A DNA stretch of 23,565 nt from Allorhizocola sp. (GCA_044869915.1 JBIOYB010000457.1:1-23565); one strand, 5' to 3'; positions 7,445-16,717 are shown, counted from the stretch's first letter. The notes: generated by a model not told the origin, from the letters alone. Program-made: numbers and translations.

Positions 7445-9373
7445 TCAGCCTGCGCAGTCGTACAGGGTTTCACGCACCTGTTGGGCTCCGCCGTAGCTGA
7501 CGGCGTCGACCGCGCGGCAGTGTGCGGTCACCCACGCCTGCGGCCCCTGGCCGGCGCCGGGCGGCATCGGGCCCAACAGCACAAACCGCAGCTGCCCACT
7601 GGAGATCATGGCGGCCAGCCCGTCAGCGGTCGGGAACGGCGCGCGGCCGCCGAAGCCGCCCATCGGGAGCACCGATTCGCCGGAAAGCAGCAGATCACCG
7701 GCGCTGCCCGAGCCTTGTGCGGCCACCAGATATCTCTGGCCATCATGCTGGGACCTGAGATAGTCGAGCAATAGTTGGGCCGCTTCACTTGGCCGGTCGC
7801 GCAATTGTGGGCCTGCGCGCCCGCCGGCCGGGCCACCGCCCGGGCCCGCTGCCGGGCCACCACCCGGGCCCCCGGCGGGGCCACCGCCCGGAGCGATCCG
7901 ATACACCGGACCGCCTGCCCCGCCGCCGGGCGGCGACAAACCCGGTGGTGGCTGGGCGGAGATGCCCCCGCCCGCGGCGGCGAAGTCTCCGCCCTCCCCG
8001 GCTGCCGGGCCGATCGCGCTGCCCCTGTGCCGCTCGTCCAATGTAGACAATGCCCAGGTGGTGGGGGCGACAAGCAGCGCGGCCACACCTATGACAGCGC
8101 CCGCGACCGCCAGCACTGTGCGGTGACTCACCAGTGCCGCCACGATGAGCACCACGGTCGCCACCGCGCTCGCGGCCACCACCACCGGCGCCATCCACGG
8201 GAGGAACTCCGGGAAACGCCAAGACAGGTACGCCGCCCATGCGCCCGTGGCCGCCGTCGCCGCCGGAAGCACCCAACGCTGCCAGCCCTGCGCACGATAG
8301 GCCCGCCACAGCGTGACCGCGCCCGCCGCGGCAAGCGCCGCCACCGGCGGGGCGACCGCGACCACGTAGAACACGTGCGCGACCCGGCCGCTGCTGAACG
8401 CCGCCGCGTGCGCCAAAAACCATAGGCCCCACATCAGGAAACCGGCCCGGATCGGATCGGTGCGCGGGGCCCGCCCCCGCCACCACACGCCGAACACCAA
8501 GCCCGCCAACGCCATCGGGTATAGCCAGCCGACCTGAGGCGCGGTCCCGTCGCCGAACATGTACCACGGGCCCGTCCCCGGTCCCGGCCCTTGCACGTCG
8601 TCGCTGTATCGGTCAAACAGGTTGTACTTGAACACCATCGACAGCGCGGAGTTGTCGCCCGACCCGTCGACAAACGGCCGCGACGCCGCAGGCGTCAGCA
8701 TCACCATGACGATCCACCACATCGACACCGCGGCTGTGACCAGGCCCGCCACACCCAGGTGACCCAGCCGCCGGCGCCACCCGGCCGGCGCGGCGAGCAT
8801 ATACACCAAGGCGAATGCCGGAAGGACTCCCCATGCCTGCACCATCTTGGTCTGGAACGCCAGCCCCACCCACACGCCGCACCACACCAGCGACCGCAGC
8901 CGCGCGGTCGTCACCGCGCGCTGCCACGCATCGGCGGCCAGGACGAGCAGCAGCACCAGGATGGTGTCGGAGACCTCGGCCCGGGCCAGCGCCGCCACGA
9001 TCGGTGTGAACGCGTAGATGGCGGCCGCGGCGAAACCCGCGACCGGGCCCTGCCACCGCCGGACCGCCAGGTAGAGCACCAGCACGGTCAGCACGCTGGC
9101 CAACACCTGCGGCAGCAGCACCGACCAGGTGTGAAACCCGAACACCCGGGCCGAGAGCGCCTGGACCATGAACGCGCCCGGCAGCTTGTCCAAGGTGATC
9201 GACGCGGCCGGATCGTATCCCCCGTAGAAGAATGCTTTCCAGCTGACCGACATGCTCTTTACGGCCGGTGCGTAGTAGGGGTGCAGGCCGCCCGCGCCCA
9301 GCCGCCAGGCATAGAGCACTCCCGCGGCTGCGGCAAGGGCCAGCAGGGCTGGGTGGATCAACTTGAAGCGCAT
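7445..9373 (-). CDS. Glycosyltransferase family 39 (ArnT/PMT-like, GT-C fold) integral membrane protein with Gly/Pro-rich linker and C-terminal extracytoplasmic domain
   Basis: A GGAGGG SD precedes ATG 9373. MRFKLIHPALLALAAAAGVLYAWRLG...YYAPAVKSMSVSWKAFFYGGYDPAASITLDKLPGAFMVQALSARVFG is the hallmark of actinobacterial GT39 proteins. More than 10 predicted TM segments follow. The 134-codon upstream extension of the ORF track is Arg-rich junk. Confidence 0.8.
   Translation of the reverse strand: MRFKLIHPALLALAAAAGVLYAWRLGAGGLHPYYAPAVKSMSVSWKAFFYGGYDPAASITLDKLPGAFMVQALSARVFGFHTWSVLLPQVLASVLTVLVLYLAVRRWQGPVAGFAAAAIYAFTPIVAALARAEVSDTILVLLLVLAADAWQRAVTTARLRSLVWCGVWVGLAFQTKMVQAWGVLPAFALVYMLAAPAGWRRRLGHLGVAGLVTAAVSMWWIVMVMLTPAASRPFVDGSGDNSALSMVFKYNLFDRYSDDVQGPGPGTGPWYMFGDGTAPQVGWLYPMALAGLVFGVWWRGRAPRTDPIRAGFLMWGLWFLAHAAAFSSGRVAHVFYVVAVAPPVAALAAAGAVTLWRAYRAQGWQRWVLPAATAATGAWAAYLSWRFPEFLPWMAPVVVAASAVATVVLIVAALVSHRTVLAVAGAVIGVAALLVAPTTWALSTLDERHRGSAIGPAAGEGGDFAAAGGGISAQPPPGLSPPGGGAGGPVYRIAPGGGPAGGPGGGPAAGPGGGPAGGRAGPQLRDRPSEAAQLLLDYLRSQHDGQRYLVAAQGSGSAGDLLLSGESVLPMGGFGGRAPFPTADGLAAMISSGQLRFVLLGPMPPGAGQGPQAWVTAHCRAVDAVSYGGAQQVRETLYDCAG
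7829..7890. repeat. Triplet-phased GC-rich tandem repeat encoding a PGGGPAGGPGGGPAAGPGGGPAGG low-complexity linker inside the GT39 gene
   Basis: GGGCCACCGCCCGGGCCC-type units are reiterated in the DNA. Confidence 0.5.
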
Positions 9374-9423
9374 TGCCCCACCCTCCCCAACGCGGGATAA
9401 CAGTGGCATAACCATCCCGGGGG

Positions 9424-10053
9424 CTAGTGCCCGCGTGCGATCCAGGCCTCCAAGTCCGGTGCCTCGTCGCCGATCGTGGTGCTGTCGCCGTGCCCGGTGT
9501 AGACCGTGGTCTCGGGCGGCAGCACGAGCAGCCGGTCGCGGATCGAGTCGATGATGGTGGGGAAGTCGCTGAAGGACCGTCCGGTCGCGCCCGGCCCGCC
9601 GTGGAAGAGCGTGTCGCCGGAGAAGAGCGCGGCCAGCTCCGGGAAGTGCAGGCAGACCGCGCCGGGCGCGTGGCCGGGGGTGTGGATGACCCGGCCGGTC
9701 ACCCCGGCTACGTCGACCGTGTCGTTGTCGGCGATCCAGTGGTCGGGCGAGCGCTCCGGGTGGGTCTGCCGCCACAGCTGCAGATCGGCTTCGTGCAGCC
9801 AGACCGGCGCGTCGGTGAGCAACGCGAGCGCCGGGGCGGCGTCGATGTGGTCGTTGTGGGCGTGAGTGCAGAAGATCGTGGTGACCCGTCGGCCGCCTAC
9901 CGCCGAAGCGATCGCGCCGGCGTCGTGCGCCGCGTCGATCACCAGCACCTCTTCGTCGTCACCGACCAGCCAGACGTTGTTGTCGACCTCCCACGTGCCA
10001 CCGTCCAAAGTGAACACGCCGGAAGTAACGACCCGCTCAATGCGAGCACTCAT
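9424..10053 (-). CDS. MBL-fold metallo-hydrolase (mycobacterial Rv2260-like, putative S-formylmycothiol hydrolase partner of MscR), 209 aa
   Basis: [44 protein letters not shown]...CTHAHNDH carries the HxHxDH metallo-beta-lactamase motif. Its ATG overlaps the TGA of the upstream gene (ATGA). Confidence 0.85.
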   Translation of the reverse strand: MSARIERVVTSGVFTLDGGTWEVDNNVWLVGDDEEVLVIDAAHDAGAIASAVGGRRVTTIFCTHAHNDHIDAAPALALLTDAPVWLHEADLQLWRQTHPERSPDHWIADNDTVDVAGVTGRVIHTPGHAPGAVCLHFPELAALFSGDTLFHGGPGATGRSFSDFPTIIDSIRDRLLVLPPETTVYTGHGDSTTIGDEAPDLEAWIARGH

Positions 10054-11135
10054 AGCTCGACCACTGAACGCAGCACCTCGCCGCGGTGCATCTTGGCGAA
10101 CGCCTCCTCGATGTCGCCGAGGCCGATCCGCTCCGACACGAAGGCGTCGAGATCCAGCCGCCCTTGCAGGTAAAGGGAAATCAGCATCGGGAAATCGCGC
10201 GACGGCAGGCAGTCGCCGTACCAAGAAGATTTCAATGACCCACCCCGGCCGAAAACGTCCAGGAGCGGCAACTCCAGCTTCATTTCAGGGGTGGGTACGC
10301 CGACGAGCACCACCGTGCCGGCCAGATCCCTCGCGTAGAAGGCCTGAGTGTAGGTCTCGGGCCGGCCGACCGCCTCCACGACGACGTCGGCGCCGAAGCC
10401 ACCCGTCAGCTCGCGGATCGCCTCGACCACGTCGGCGTCTCCGGACTTGACGGTGTGGGTCGCGCCGAATTGCTTGGCCCACTGAAGCTTCCGGTCGTCG
10501 ATGTCGACGCCGATGATCGTGGTCGCCCCGGCGAGCCGGGCCCCCGCGATCGCGGCGTTGCCCACGCCACCGCAGCCGATCACCGCCACGCTGTCGCCCC
10601 GGGTGACGGCGCCCGTGTTGAGCACCGCGCCGAGCCCGGCCATCACACCGCAGCCGAGCAGGCCCGCCACGGCCGGCGCGGCGGCCGGGTCGACCTTGGT
10701 GCACTGGCCCGCGGCGACGAGGGTCTTCTCGACGAAGGCGCCGATGCCCAGCGCCGGCGAGAGCACCGTGCCGTCGGCGAGGGTCATCTTCTGCTTGGCG
10801 TTGTGCGTGGCGAAGCAGTACCACGGCTTGCCCTTGTGGCAGGCGCGGCAGTTACCGCAGACCGCCCGCCAGTTGAGGATCACGTAGTCGCCCGGCTCGA
10901 TGTCGGTCACACCGGGCCCGACCTCCTCGACGATCCCGGCCGCCTCGTGGCCGAGCAGGAACGGGAAGTCGTCGTTGATGCCGCCCTCGCGATAGTGCAG
11001 GTCGGTGTGGCAGACCCCGCAGGCCTGCACCTTGACCAGCGCCTCGCCCGGCCCGGGATCGGGCACCAGGATCGTCTCCAGGCTGACCGGGGCCTTCTTG
11101 CCCCCGGCAACGACTCCACGAACCTCATGAGCCAC
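10050..11135 (-). CDS. mscR: S-(hydroxymethyl)mycothiol dehydrogenase / class III Zn alcohol dehydrogenase, 361 aa
   Basis: GTG start at 11135 with a GAGGAGG SD 5 nt upstream. [73 protein letters not shown] reads as class III ADH. It is 361 aa and keeps the conserved mscR/MBL-hydrolase gene order. Confidence 0.9.
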   Translation of the reverse strand: MAHEVRGVVAGGKKAPVSLETILVPDPGPGEALVKVQACGVCHTDLHYREGGINDDFPFLLGHEAAGIVEEVGPGVTDIEPGDYVILNWRAVCGNCRACHKGKPWYCFATHNAKQKMTLADGTVLSPALGIGAFVEKTLVAAGQCTKVDPAAAPAVAGLLGCGVMAGLGAVLNTGAVTRGDSVAVIGCGGVGNAAIAGARLAGATTIIGVDIDDRKLQWAKQFGATHTVKSGDADVVEAIRELTGGFGADVVVEAVGRPETYTQAFYARDLAGTVVLVGVPTPEMKLELPLLDVFGRGGSLKSSWYGDCLPSRDFPMLISLYLQGRLDLDAFVSERIGLGDIEEAFAKMHRGEVLRSVVEL

Positions 11136-11178
11136 GGTGCCCTCCTCTGGCGAAATCTGGCGGAATCTCTGGCGAATC

Positions 11179-12087
11179 TTACGGCTGCTGGAAGTTGGGT
11201 GTTTCCCAAACGCGTTGGTTGAGGTAGTCCTTGACCCGGTTAACATACTGCTCGCTGGCGTCGGTGTGCCAGCGCCCGGAGAACCAGCGCCCGACGCAGC
11301 CCCAGGCGTCGCCGGCCGCGTACTGCTGGCCGCGTTCGACGGTGTTGAGCCACGTCTCGTTGCCCTCGAAACAGTTGCGCCAGATGCCGTAGCCCAGATC
11401 GGCGCTCATCGCCGTCGACCTCATCGCACCGGGGAAGGCCGTCTTCATGTACGGATACCGGTTCTGCAGGATGCCGTAGCTCTGCGGACACTTGCCGGAC
11501 TGGCCGTCGACGCCCAGGCCGTGGCCCTCGGGGCAGGCGCTCGCGTCGGTGTCGAAGTCGCCCAGCGTGCTCTGGCGCCACCAACTCTCGATCGCCGCCT
11601 GCGCCTTGACGAGATCCTCGTCGATGCCCCACTTGCAGGCCGCCCACCGCAGGATCTCCTCGGTCGTGCCGGTGAACTGCCCGTCGACGCGCTTGGCCAG
11701 GCCGGAGCCGGACCCGAATGTGGACGCGTCGATGCTCTGGCCCCCGGTGTTGTTGTAGGTCCGGTTGACGCCCTTGTTCTCCTTCTTCGGCTTGGCGCGG
11801 ACCCACGCGGCGCACTGGCTGCCCGAGGGGAGTTGCGCGCCGGGCTTGAGGGTCGTGAAGCGACTGGGGGCGGCGGCCGTGCCGGTCCGCGGCGGGCTCG
11901 CGGCGGGTGTCCCCATCGTCGAGGCTTCCGCGATGGGCGAGGCGGTCGCGGCTTCGCCGACAGCGGACGCCTCGGCCGAAGGCGCGGGAGCGTGCAATGC
12001 CGCGTCATCCCCGCCGGCGGTGGCGCATCCACTCAGGACGATCGCCATCGCGGTGATCATCCACAGTTCTCGGAGGGCGGCACGCAT
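11179..12087 (-). CDS. Secreted lipoprotein (LSGC lipobox) with a possible lysozyme-like/SLT (lytic transglycosylase) fold
   Basis: [21 protein letters not shown] lipoprotein signal from ATG 12087; the ORF track begins 12 codons upstream at a TTG. There is an Ala/Ser/Pro-rich linker, then [12 protein letters not shown] ... SYGILQNRY ... [10 protein letters not shown], which resemble the SLT ES, GLMQ and AYNAG motifs. Confidence 0.5.
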   Translation of the reverse strand: MRAALRELWMITAMAIVLSGCATAGGDDAALHAPAPSAEASAVGEAATASPIAEASTMGTPAASPPRTGTAAAPSRFTTLKPGAQLPSGSQCAAWVRAKPKKENKGVNRTYNNTGGQSIDASTFGSGSGLAKRVDGQFTGTTEEILRWAACKWGIDEDLVKAQAAIESWWRQSTLGDFDTDASACPEGHGLGVDGQSGKCPQSYGILQNRYPYMKTAFPGAMRSTAMSADLGYGIWRNCFEGNETWLNTVERGQQYAAGDAWGCVGRWFSGRWHTDASEQYVNRVKDYLNQRVWETPNFQQP

Positions 12088-12176
12088 GATCACGAAAGTA
12101 ATTCGGCGACCATGAACAGTCAATCGCGGCGATCCGGGGTTCGACAGGCGCTCGCGGGTGCGGCAGGATCGGTGGG

Positions 12177-13115
12177 GTGACCGTCGGACGGCGGCTCCTG
12201 GCCGCGCTGATCCTGCCCGTCCTCCTCGCGGCGTGCGATTCGACGCCGAGTGATCGCAGCGACGGCAAGGATGGCGTGCCGCCCGGGCCGCAGGTGGCGC
12301 CGGGTCGCACGGGCTCGGTCGAGCTCGACGGCAGGCCGTTCCAGCTGCACGTGCCCGGCTCTTACGATCCCGCGACCAAGGCCCCGCTCGTGGTGCTGCT
12401 GCACGGCTTCACCTCCAACGCCGCCCAGCTGGACGGCTACTTCAGGTTCACGGACGAGTCCGACCGCCGCGGGTTCCTCTTGGCGCTGCCCGACGGGACC
12501 AAGGATCGGCAGGGCAGAAGCTTCTGGAACGCGACCGACGCCTGCTGCGACTTCGGCCGCACCGGCACCGACGACTCGGGCTATCTGGGCCGGCTGCTCG
12601 ACAAGGTCATGGCCGCTTATGCGGTCGACGCCCGGCGCGTCTACTTCGTCGGCCATTCCAACGGCGGCTTCATGTCCTACCGCATGGCGTGCGAGCACGC
12701 GTCAAAGATCACCGCGATCGTCTCGCTCGCGGGTGCGGCCACGGCCGACGCCGCGCAGTGCAATCCGCAGCGGCCGGTCAGCGTCCTGCAGATCCACGGG
12801 ACCAACGACGAGACCATCCGTTACGACGGCGGCGCCAACGCGGGCCGGTCCTACCCGTCGGTGGCCGGCACACTGGCGCAGTGGCGGCGCCACAACGGTT
12901 GCGCCGATCAGGCCGACACGTCGGCCGCGCCCATCGATCTCGAGTCCGGCCTGGCCGGAGCGGAAACCACCGTGACGGCCTACGCGAGCGGCTGCCGCGA
13001 CGCCACCCGGGTGGAGCTGTGGTCCATCAAGGACGGTGCGCACGTGCCGGCGTTCACCGCGGGCTTCGCCCCCGCCATCACCGACTTCCTGTTCGCCCGG
13101 GTCTCACCGGCATAG
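12177..13115 (+). CDS. Lipoprotein esterase of the PHB-depolymerase/LpqC-like alpha/beta-hydrolase family
   Basis: GTG start. MTVGRRLLAALILPVLLAAC lipobox. HGFTSNAAQ...VYFVGHSNGGFMSY nucleophile elbow (GHSNGG). Its overall architecture is that of PHB depolymerase family esterases. Confidence 0.8.
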   Translation: MTVGRRLLAALILPVLLAACDSTPSDRSDGKDGVPPGPQVAPGRTGSVELDGRPFQLHVPGSYDPATKAPLVVLLHGFTSNAAQLDGYFRFTDESDRRGFLLALPDGTKDRQGRSFWNATDACCDFGRTGTDDSGYLGRLLDKVMAAYAVDARRVYFVGHSNGGFMSYRMACEHASKITAIVSLAGAATADAAQCNPQRPVSVLQIHGTNDETIRYDGGANAGRSYPSVAGTLAQWRRHNGCADQADTSAAPIDLESGLAGAETTVTAYASGCRDATRVELWSIKDGAHVPAFTAGFAPAITDFLFARVSPA

Positions 13116-13211
13116 CCGTGCCGCGCGCACCGCGGGACCGCAACCGGTGATCGCTTCGGCACGTTAAGCCGGGTTGGGGCATCAATCGGCTCAAACGTGA
13201 GGAAGTCAAGA

Positions 13212-14177
13212 ATGCAAAGCACATCGCGGGGGCGGGCGGCTATCGCTGCCCGGATCGGTTGGGCGGCCGTGCCGCTGCTCGTGTTGGCCGGCGTGATGAT
13301 ACCGGCCCAGGCGGCCGCGACGCCGCCTGCGGACAGGGCCGCGGACACGGCGATCGTCCTTCCCGGGGCCACCTCGGCTGAGGGGATCGCCCGGGGGCAC
13401 GGCTCCACCTTCTACGCGGGAGACCTGTTCGCAGGCGACATCTTCAAGGGCAACGTGAAGAAGGAGACCGCCGAGCTGTTCATCGACGTGCCCGACGGCC
13501 GCATGGCGGTCGGGATGGCCTTCCACCCGAAGCACGACCTGCTCTTCGTGGCCGGCGGCTTCACCGGTCAGGCATACGTCTACGACACGGTACACAAGAT
13601 CACGGTGGCCACGTACCAGTTCGCCGAGCCCGACACATCGATCATCAACGACGTCGTGATCACGCCCATCGGCGCCTGGTTCACCAACTCCTACCGGGCC
13701 GAGCTCTACTTCGTGCCGATCGACCGCGACGGCAACCTGGGCGAGTCCCGCACGCTCCCGCTCAGCGGGCCCGCCGCCGACACGAGCAAAGAGCTCAACC
13801 TCAACGGGATCCAGGCCACGCCCGACGGCGCGACGCTGATCGTCGCGCACACCGGCAACGGCGCGCTCTACACGGTCGATCCGGCCTCGGGCACGAGTGC
13901 CGTCATCGAGGGCGTCAACGTCCCGGATGTCGACGGGATCGTGCTTGACGGGCGCCGCCTGTGGGCGGTGCAAAACTTCGTCAACCACGTCACGCGGTGG
14001 AGGCTGTCCGACGACCTGAGCAGCGGCGAGTTCCGCAAGGCCATCACCAGCGGGCTGTTCCACAATCCCGCGACCGGGGCCCTTTTCGGCGACATCCTCG
14101 CGGTGGTGAACACGCACTTCGACACCGGCATCCCGCCGACGGCGGACGAATACGAGGTCGTGCTCGTCCCCGCGTAG
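13212..14177 (+). CDS. Secreted protein, probable beta-propeller (SMP-30/gluconolactonase/NHL-like) fold, 321 aa
   Basis: A GGAAG SD lies 7 nt before ATG 13212. Signal peptide MQSTSRGRAAIAARIGWAAVPLLVLAGVMIPAQA. Blade-like segments recur (FHPKHDLLFVAGG..., NGIQATPDGATLIVAHTGNGALYTVD). The fold assignment is tentative. Confidence 0.55.
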   Translation: MQSTSRGRAAIAARIGWAAVPLLVLAGVMIPAQAAATPPADRAADTAIVLPGATSAEGIARGHGSTFYAGDLFAGDIFKGNVKKETAELFIDVPDGRMAVGMAFHPKHDLLFVAGGFTGQAYVYDTVHKITVATYQFAEPDTSIINDVVITPIGAWFTNSYRAELYFVPIDRDGNLGESRTLPLSGPAADTSKELNLNGIQATPDGATLIVAHTGNGALYTVDPASGTSAVIEGVNVPDVDGIVLDGRRLWAVQNFVNHVTRWRLSDDLSSGEFRKAITSGLFHNPATGALFGDILAVVNTHFDTGIPPTADEYEVVLVPA

Positions 14178-14320
14178 CGCACGTTTTCGCGCGCTTTTTC
14201 GCACGCTTCGTGGCACGCTTTTCGCACGTTTCTTCGCGCGCTTTTTCGCACGTCTTTCCTACGCCTTTCCACGTCTTTCCTACGCCTTTCCAGGCTTTTC
14301 GCACGCCTTCCCAGGCCTTT
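14178..14320. repeat. Degenerate ~11-12 bp tandem minisatellite (CACGCTTTTTCG-like unit, ~13 copies) with phased T-tracts
   Basis: CGCACGTTTTCG CGCGCTTTTTCG CACGCTTCGTGG CACGCTTTTCG CACGTTTCTTCG ... directly follows the stop of the beta-propeller gene. The spurious minus-strand ORFs read KAWKGVGKTWKGVGKT. Confidence 0.6.
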
Positions 14321-14355
14321 CTCACGCCGCGCGGTCGATGGCCGCGCGGCGTGAG
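14321..14355. terminator. Bidirectional intrinsic terminator hairpin between convergent genes
   Basis: CTCACGCCGCGCGG-tcgatgg-CCGCGCGGCGTGAG, a 14-bp perfect stem, followed by CGTTTCT. Confidence 0.65.
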
Positions 14356-14360
14356 CGTTT

Positions 14361-16322
14361 CTACGACAGCTTGCGCATCAGCGCGGCGGCCAGGCCGTCC
14401 AAACTGGACCCGTTGCCGGTGACGAGAATCTCGGGTACCACATTGATTTTGCCCTCGGCGACCGCGCCCGCGACCGCGACCAGCGCGGTGGGCGTCTCGC
14501 CGATCGCCTCCCGCTGCGCGGCGAAGCCCGCCGCCCGCGCCACGCCGAGCGCCTCGGTGGCCTTGGCCTCGGCGAGACCGATGGCGGCCACGCGATCGGC
14601 CTCCGCCTGCCCGGTGATGCGGGTGTATGCCGCGTCGCCGCCCGCCTGCGCCTCCCGCGCCTTGGCTTTGTTGCCGTTGATGTCCACCGAGACCTGAGCC
14701 GCGGCGAGTTCGGCCTGCATTTCGGCCGTGCCGCGCGCCTTCTCCAGCTCGATCCGCGCGATCTGCGCGGCCTGCTGCTCCTTGTAGGTGGCCCGCTCCT
14801 GGTTGGCGATCTCGCGGCGGGTCAGCACCACGACGAGCTCCTCGGGGAAGACGACATCCTGGATGTAGACGCCCTTGGTCTCGATCTCGTAGTTTCCCAG
14901 ATAGCGGGTGATCGCCGAGTGCGCGCTCTGCTGCACCTGCTCGCGGGTCTCGATGAACTTGACCGCCTCCAGGCCCTGTAGCGTGTTGCGGAAGTGGTTG
15001 CCCACGGCCGACTGCAGCACCTCGTTGACGAGATTCTTCATCGTGCCCACCATCGAGATCACCTTGGGCGCCCGCGCGTCCGGCACATGGATCTGTACCT
15101 GCAAATCGATGGTGAAAACGAAACCCTCCCGGCTCTTGCCGACGATGGGCTCCAGCCGCGCATCCAGGTCATGCGCCTGCGAGACAAGGTTGGCCCAGTT
15201 GAGCGTCAGGATGAACGTGGGCACCAGCTCCGCCGCGTAGATGCGCGGATTGATCGCGTACTTGCCGGTGCGCAGCGGCTCCTGCCAGATCCCGCGATGC
15301 CCGGGCGCCACGATGCTGCCAAACTTGAACTCCTCGCCCGATGTGTCCAAAGTGGGCAGTCCGACGAACGACTTGATGACGGCCACCTGCCCCTGGTTGA
15401 CCACGAGCATGGGCACCATTTCCACCCGCACCAGGAACGGGTTGAGCAGGTACGCGCCGTAGAGCAGCGGGTCGTGCTGCAGGCCGATCCGCCCACCGGC
15501 GTCCAGAAACGCCTGGAAGTCCTGATAATTGTTGTGCATCTCGTTCTTGGTGCCCAGCAGGACGTCGATCACCTGAGCGTCACTGACGGCCTCGTCCCGC
15601 TCCAGCGCGATGACATCCGCGAATCCACCGATGCGGCTGGCCAGGTCGCCGGAGGACAGCGGCTCACCCTCCAATGTGGTCACCAGGCCGATGACATCGG
15701 TCGCGCCCTGCGGCGCGATCACCGTCACCTCGAGCTGTCCGGGTTCCAATTTGAATGATTTGGGTACGAGGCGTCCGCCCTTGGCCAGCGCGGCGAACTC
15801 CGGCCCGACCGGAAGCCCGAACACCTGGCGGGCCGTGACGACAAGGAATCCCACCGGATGGATCGGCACCAGCGTGCCGGGCGGCAGCACCGGGCGCTGG
15901 ACACCCTTCTCGCCCCCGCCCGCGACGAAACCGCGAATGTCGGCGAAGGTCCCGAACTCGTTGCGGTATCTGGCACTCTTGGCGCCGATCGACAGCGGCC
16001 GACCGACCTGCGAGATGACCACACCGATCTCACCGGCCTGGATCTGCACCCACGGGAACTTGGTGACCGAGTAGATTGGCCAGGTTTTCAGCCTCATGCC
16101 GGGCATGAGAAGGTCGGCTTGATGGCCGGCTTCACCTTTGAAGGCGACCGGGTTGTCGTCGGGCAGCTTGCGGCCGAACCGCTTGGTGACGAGTCCGACC
16201 TGGGTCGGGCCGATCCGGTGCACCGACTTGACCACCACAATGAAAAAGATCAGGAGCACTCCGATGGTTGCTCCGGCTGCGAGCGCGATAAGCTCCACGG
16301 CTCCGAACAGTACGCCCGTCAC
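14361..16322 (-). CDS. Flotillin/SPFH (band 7) domain membrane protein, 653 aa
   Basis: GTG start with a GGTGGGG SD. N-terminal TM MTGVLFGAVELIALAAGATIGVLLIFFIVVV, then an SPFH domain and a C-terminal Ala/Glu-rich coiled coil (EQQAAQIARIELEKARGTAEMQAELAAAQ...AEAKATEALGVARAAG), typical of bacterial flotillins. Confidence 0.85.
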   Translation of the reverse strand: MTGVLFGAVELIALAAGATIGVLLIFFIVVVKSVHRIGPTQVGLVTKRFGRKLPDDNPVAFKGEAGHQADLLMPGMRLKTWPIYSVTKFPWVQIQAGEIGVVISQVGRPLSIGAKSARYRNEFGTFADIRGFVAGGGEKGVQRPVLPPGTLVPIHPVGFLVVTARQVFGLPVGPEFAALAKGGRLVPKSFKLEPGQLEVTVIAPQGATDVIGLVTTLEGEPLSSGDLASRIGGFADVIALERDEAVSDAQVIDVLLGTKNEMHNNYQDFQAFLDAGGRIGLQHDPLLYGAYLLNPFLVRVEMVPMLVVNQGQVAVIKSFVGLPTLDTSGEEFKFGSIVAPGHRGIWQEPLRTGKYAINPRIYAAELVPTFILTLNWANLVSQAHDLDARLEPIVGKSREGFVFTIDLQVQIHVPDARAPKVISMVGTMKNLVNEVLQSAVGNHFRNTLQGLEAVKFIETREQVQQSAHSAITRYLGNYEIETKGVYIQDVVFPEELVVVLTRREIANQERATYKEQQAAQIARIELEKARGTAEMQAELAAAQVSVDINGNKAKAREAQAGGDAAYTRITGQAEADRVAAIGLAEAKATEALGVARAAGFAAQREAIGETPTALVAVAGAVAEGKINVVPEILVTGNGSSLDGLAAALMRKLS

Positions 16323-16454
16323 GCAAACCCCACCGGACCGTTAACCATCGATCTCGGGCAATCGGCCCGACGGCGCCGCACCCGCCCGCCCGGCCGGCCG
16401 ATTCCGCGAGACACAGTCGCTTGTGGAGGCTCTCGCCGCCGGGTGCGGGCCGTC

Positions 16455-16605
16455 TTGCGCGCCGCTGGGTGTGGGCTGGTCCTGTGCGCTGCCGGGTGTG
16501 GGCGTCCGGCCTGCCGCTGGGCGTGGGCTGGTCCTGCGCGCTGCTGGGTGCGGGCGTCCGGTTACCGCTGGCGTGGGCGTCCGGCCTGCCGCCGGGCGGC
16601 GCTGA
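16455..16605. repeat. GC-rich ~51-bp imperfect tandem repeat (about 2.5 copies) in a 395-bp divergent intergenic region
   Basis: CCGCTGGGTGTGGGCTGGTCCTGTGCGCTGCCGGGTGTGGGCGTCCGGCCTG / CCGCTGGGCGTGGGCTGGTCCTGCGCGCTGCTGGGTGCGGGCGTCCGGTTAC / CGCTGGCGTGGGCGTCCGGCCTG. Each unit also contains an internal GCTGGGTGTGGGC half-repeat. Confidence 0.6.
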
Positions 16606-16717
16606 CCGCCTCGAGCGCAAGCTTGTCCTGCACGCCGCCCGCTGCGCTGGCCGCCTCGGCGTCCCTTTCGGGCTGACGGCTACGTTGGCGATTGCCGTCC
16701 GCCGCTACAGTCAACCC

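Noticed and set aside
7445-9775. N-terminal 134-codon extension of the GT39 ORF, and internal ORFs 7785..8567(-), 8591..9400(+), 7775..8425(+)
   Set aside because: The extension is Arg/Pro/His-rich with no TM character. A GGAGGG SD precedes the internal ATG at 9373, which begins the canonical GT39 N-terminus. The others are alternate frames.
9427-11246. ORFs 9427..10173(+), 9866..10450(+), 10285..10824(-), 10455..11222(+), and the 37-codon extension of mscR
   Set aside because: Antisense or alternate frames of the MBL and mscR genes. The mscR start is set by the GAGGAGG + GTG and the 361-aa length expected for this family.
11137-13150. ORFs 11137..12180(+), 11240..11815(-), 11445..12032(-), 12250..12975(+), 12689..13150(+)
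   Set aside because: They overlap the two lipoprotein genes in other frames. The translations are low-complexity Arg/Pro/Ala-rich.
13206-14325. 336-aa ORF 13206..14216(-), and 13868..14272(-), 14044..14325(-)
   Set aside because: The first is antisense to the signal-peptide-bearing beta-propeller gene. The latter two translate the ~11-bp minisatellite (KAWKGVGKT repeats).
14908-16676. ORFs on (+) inside the flotillin gene (14994..15758, 15610..16074, 15858..16676) and 16132..16620(-)
   Set aside because: Antisense of a well-supported SPFH/flotillin gene, or translations of the GC-rich tandem repeat.
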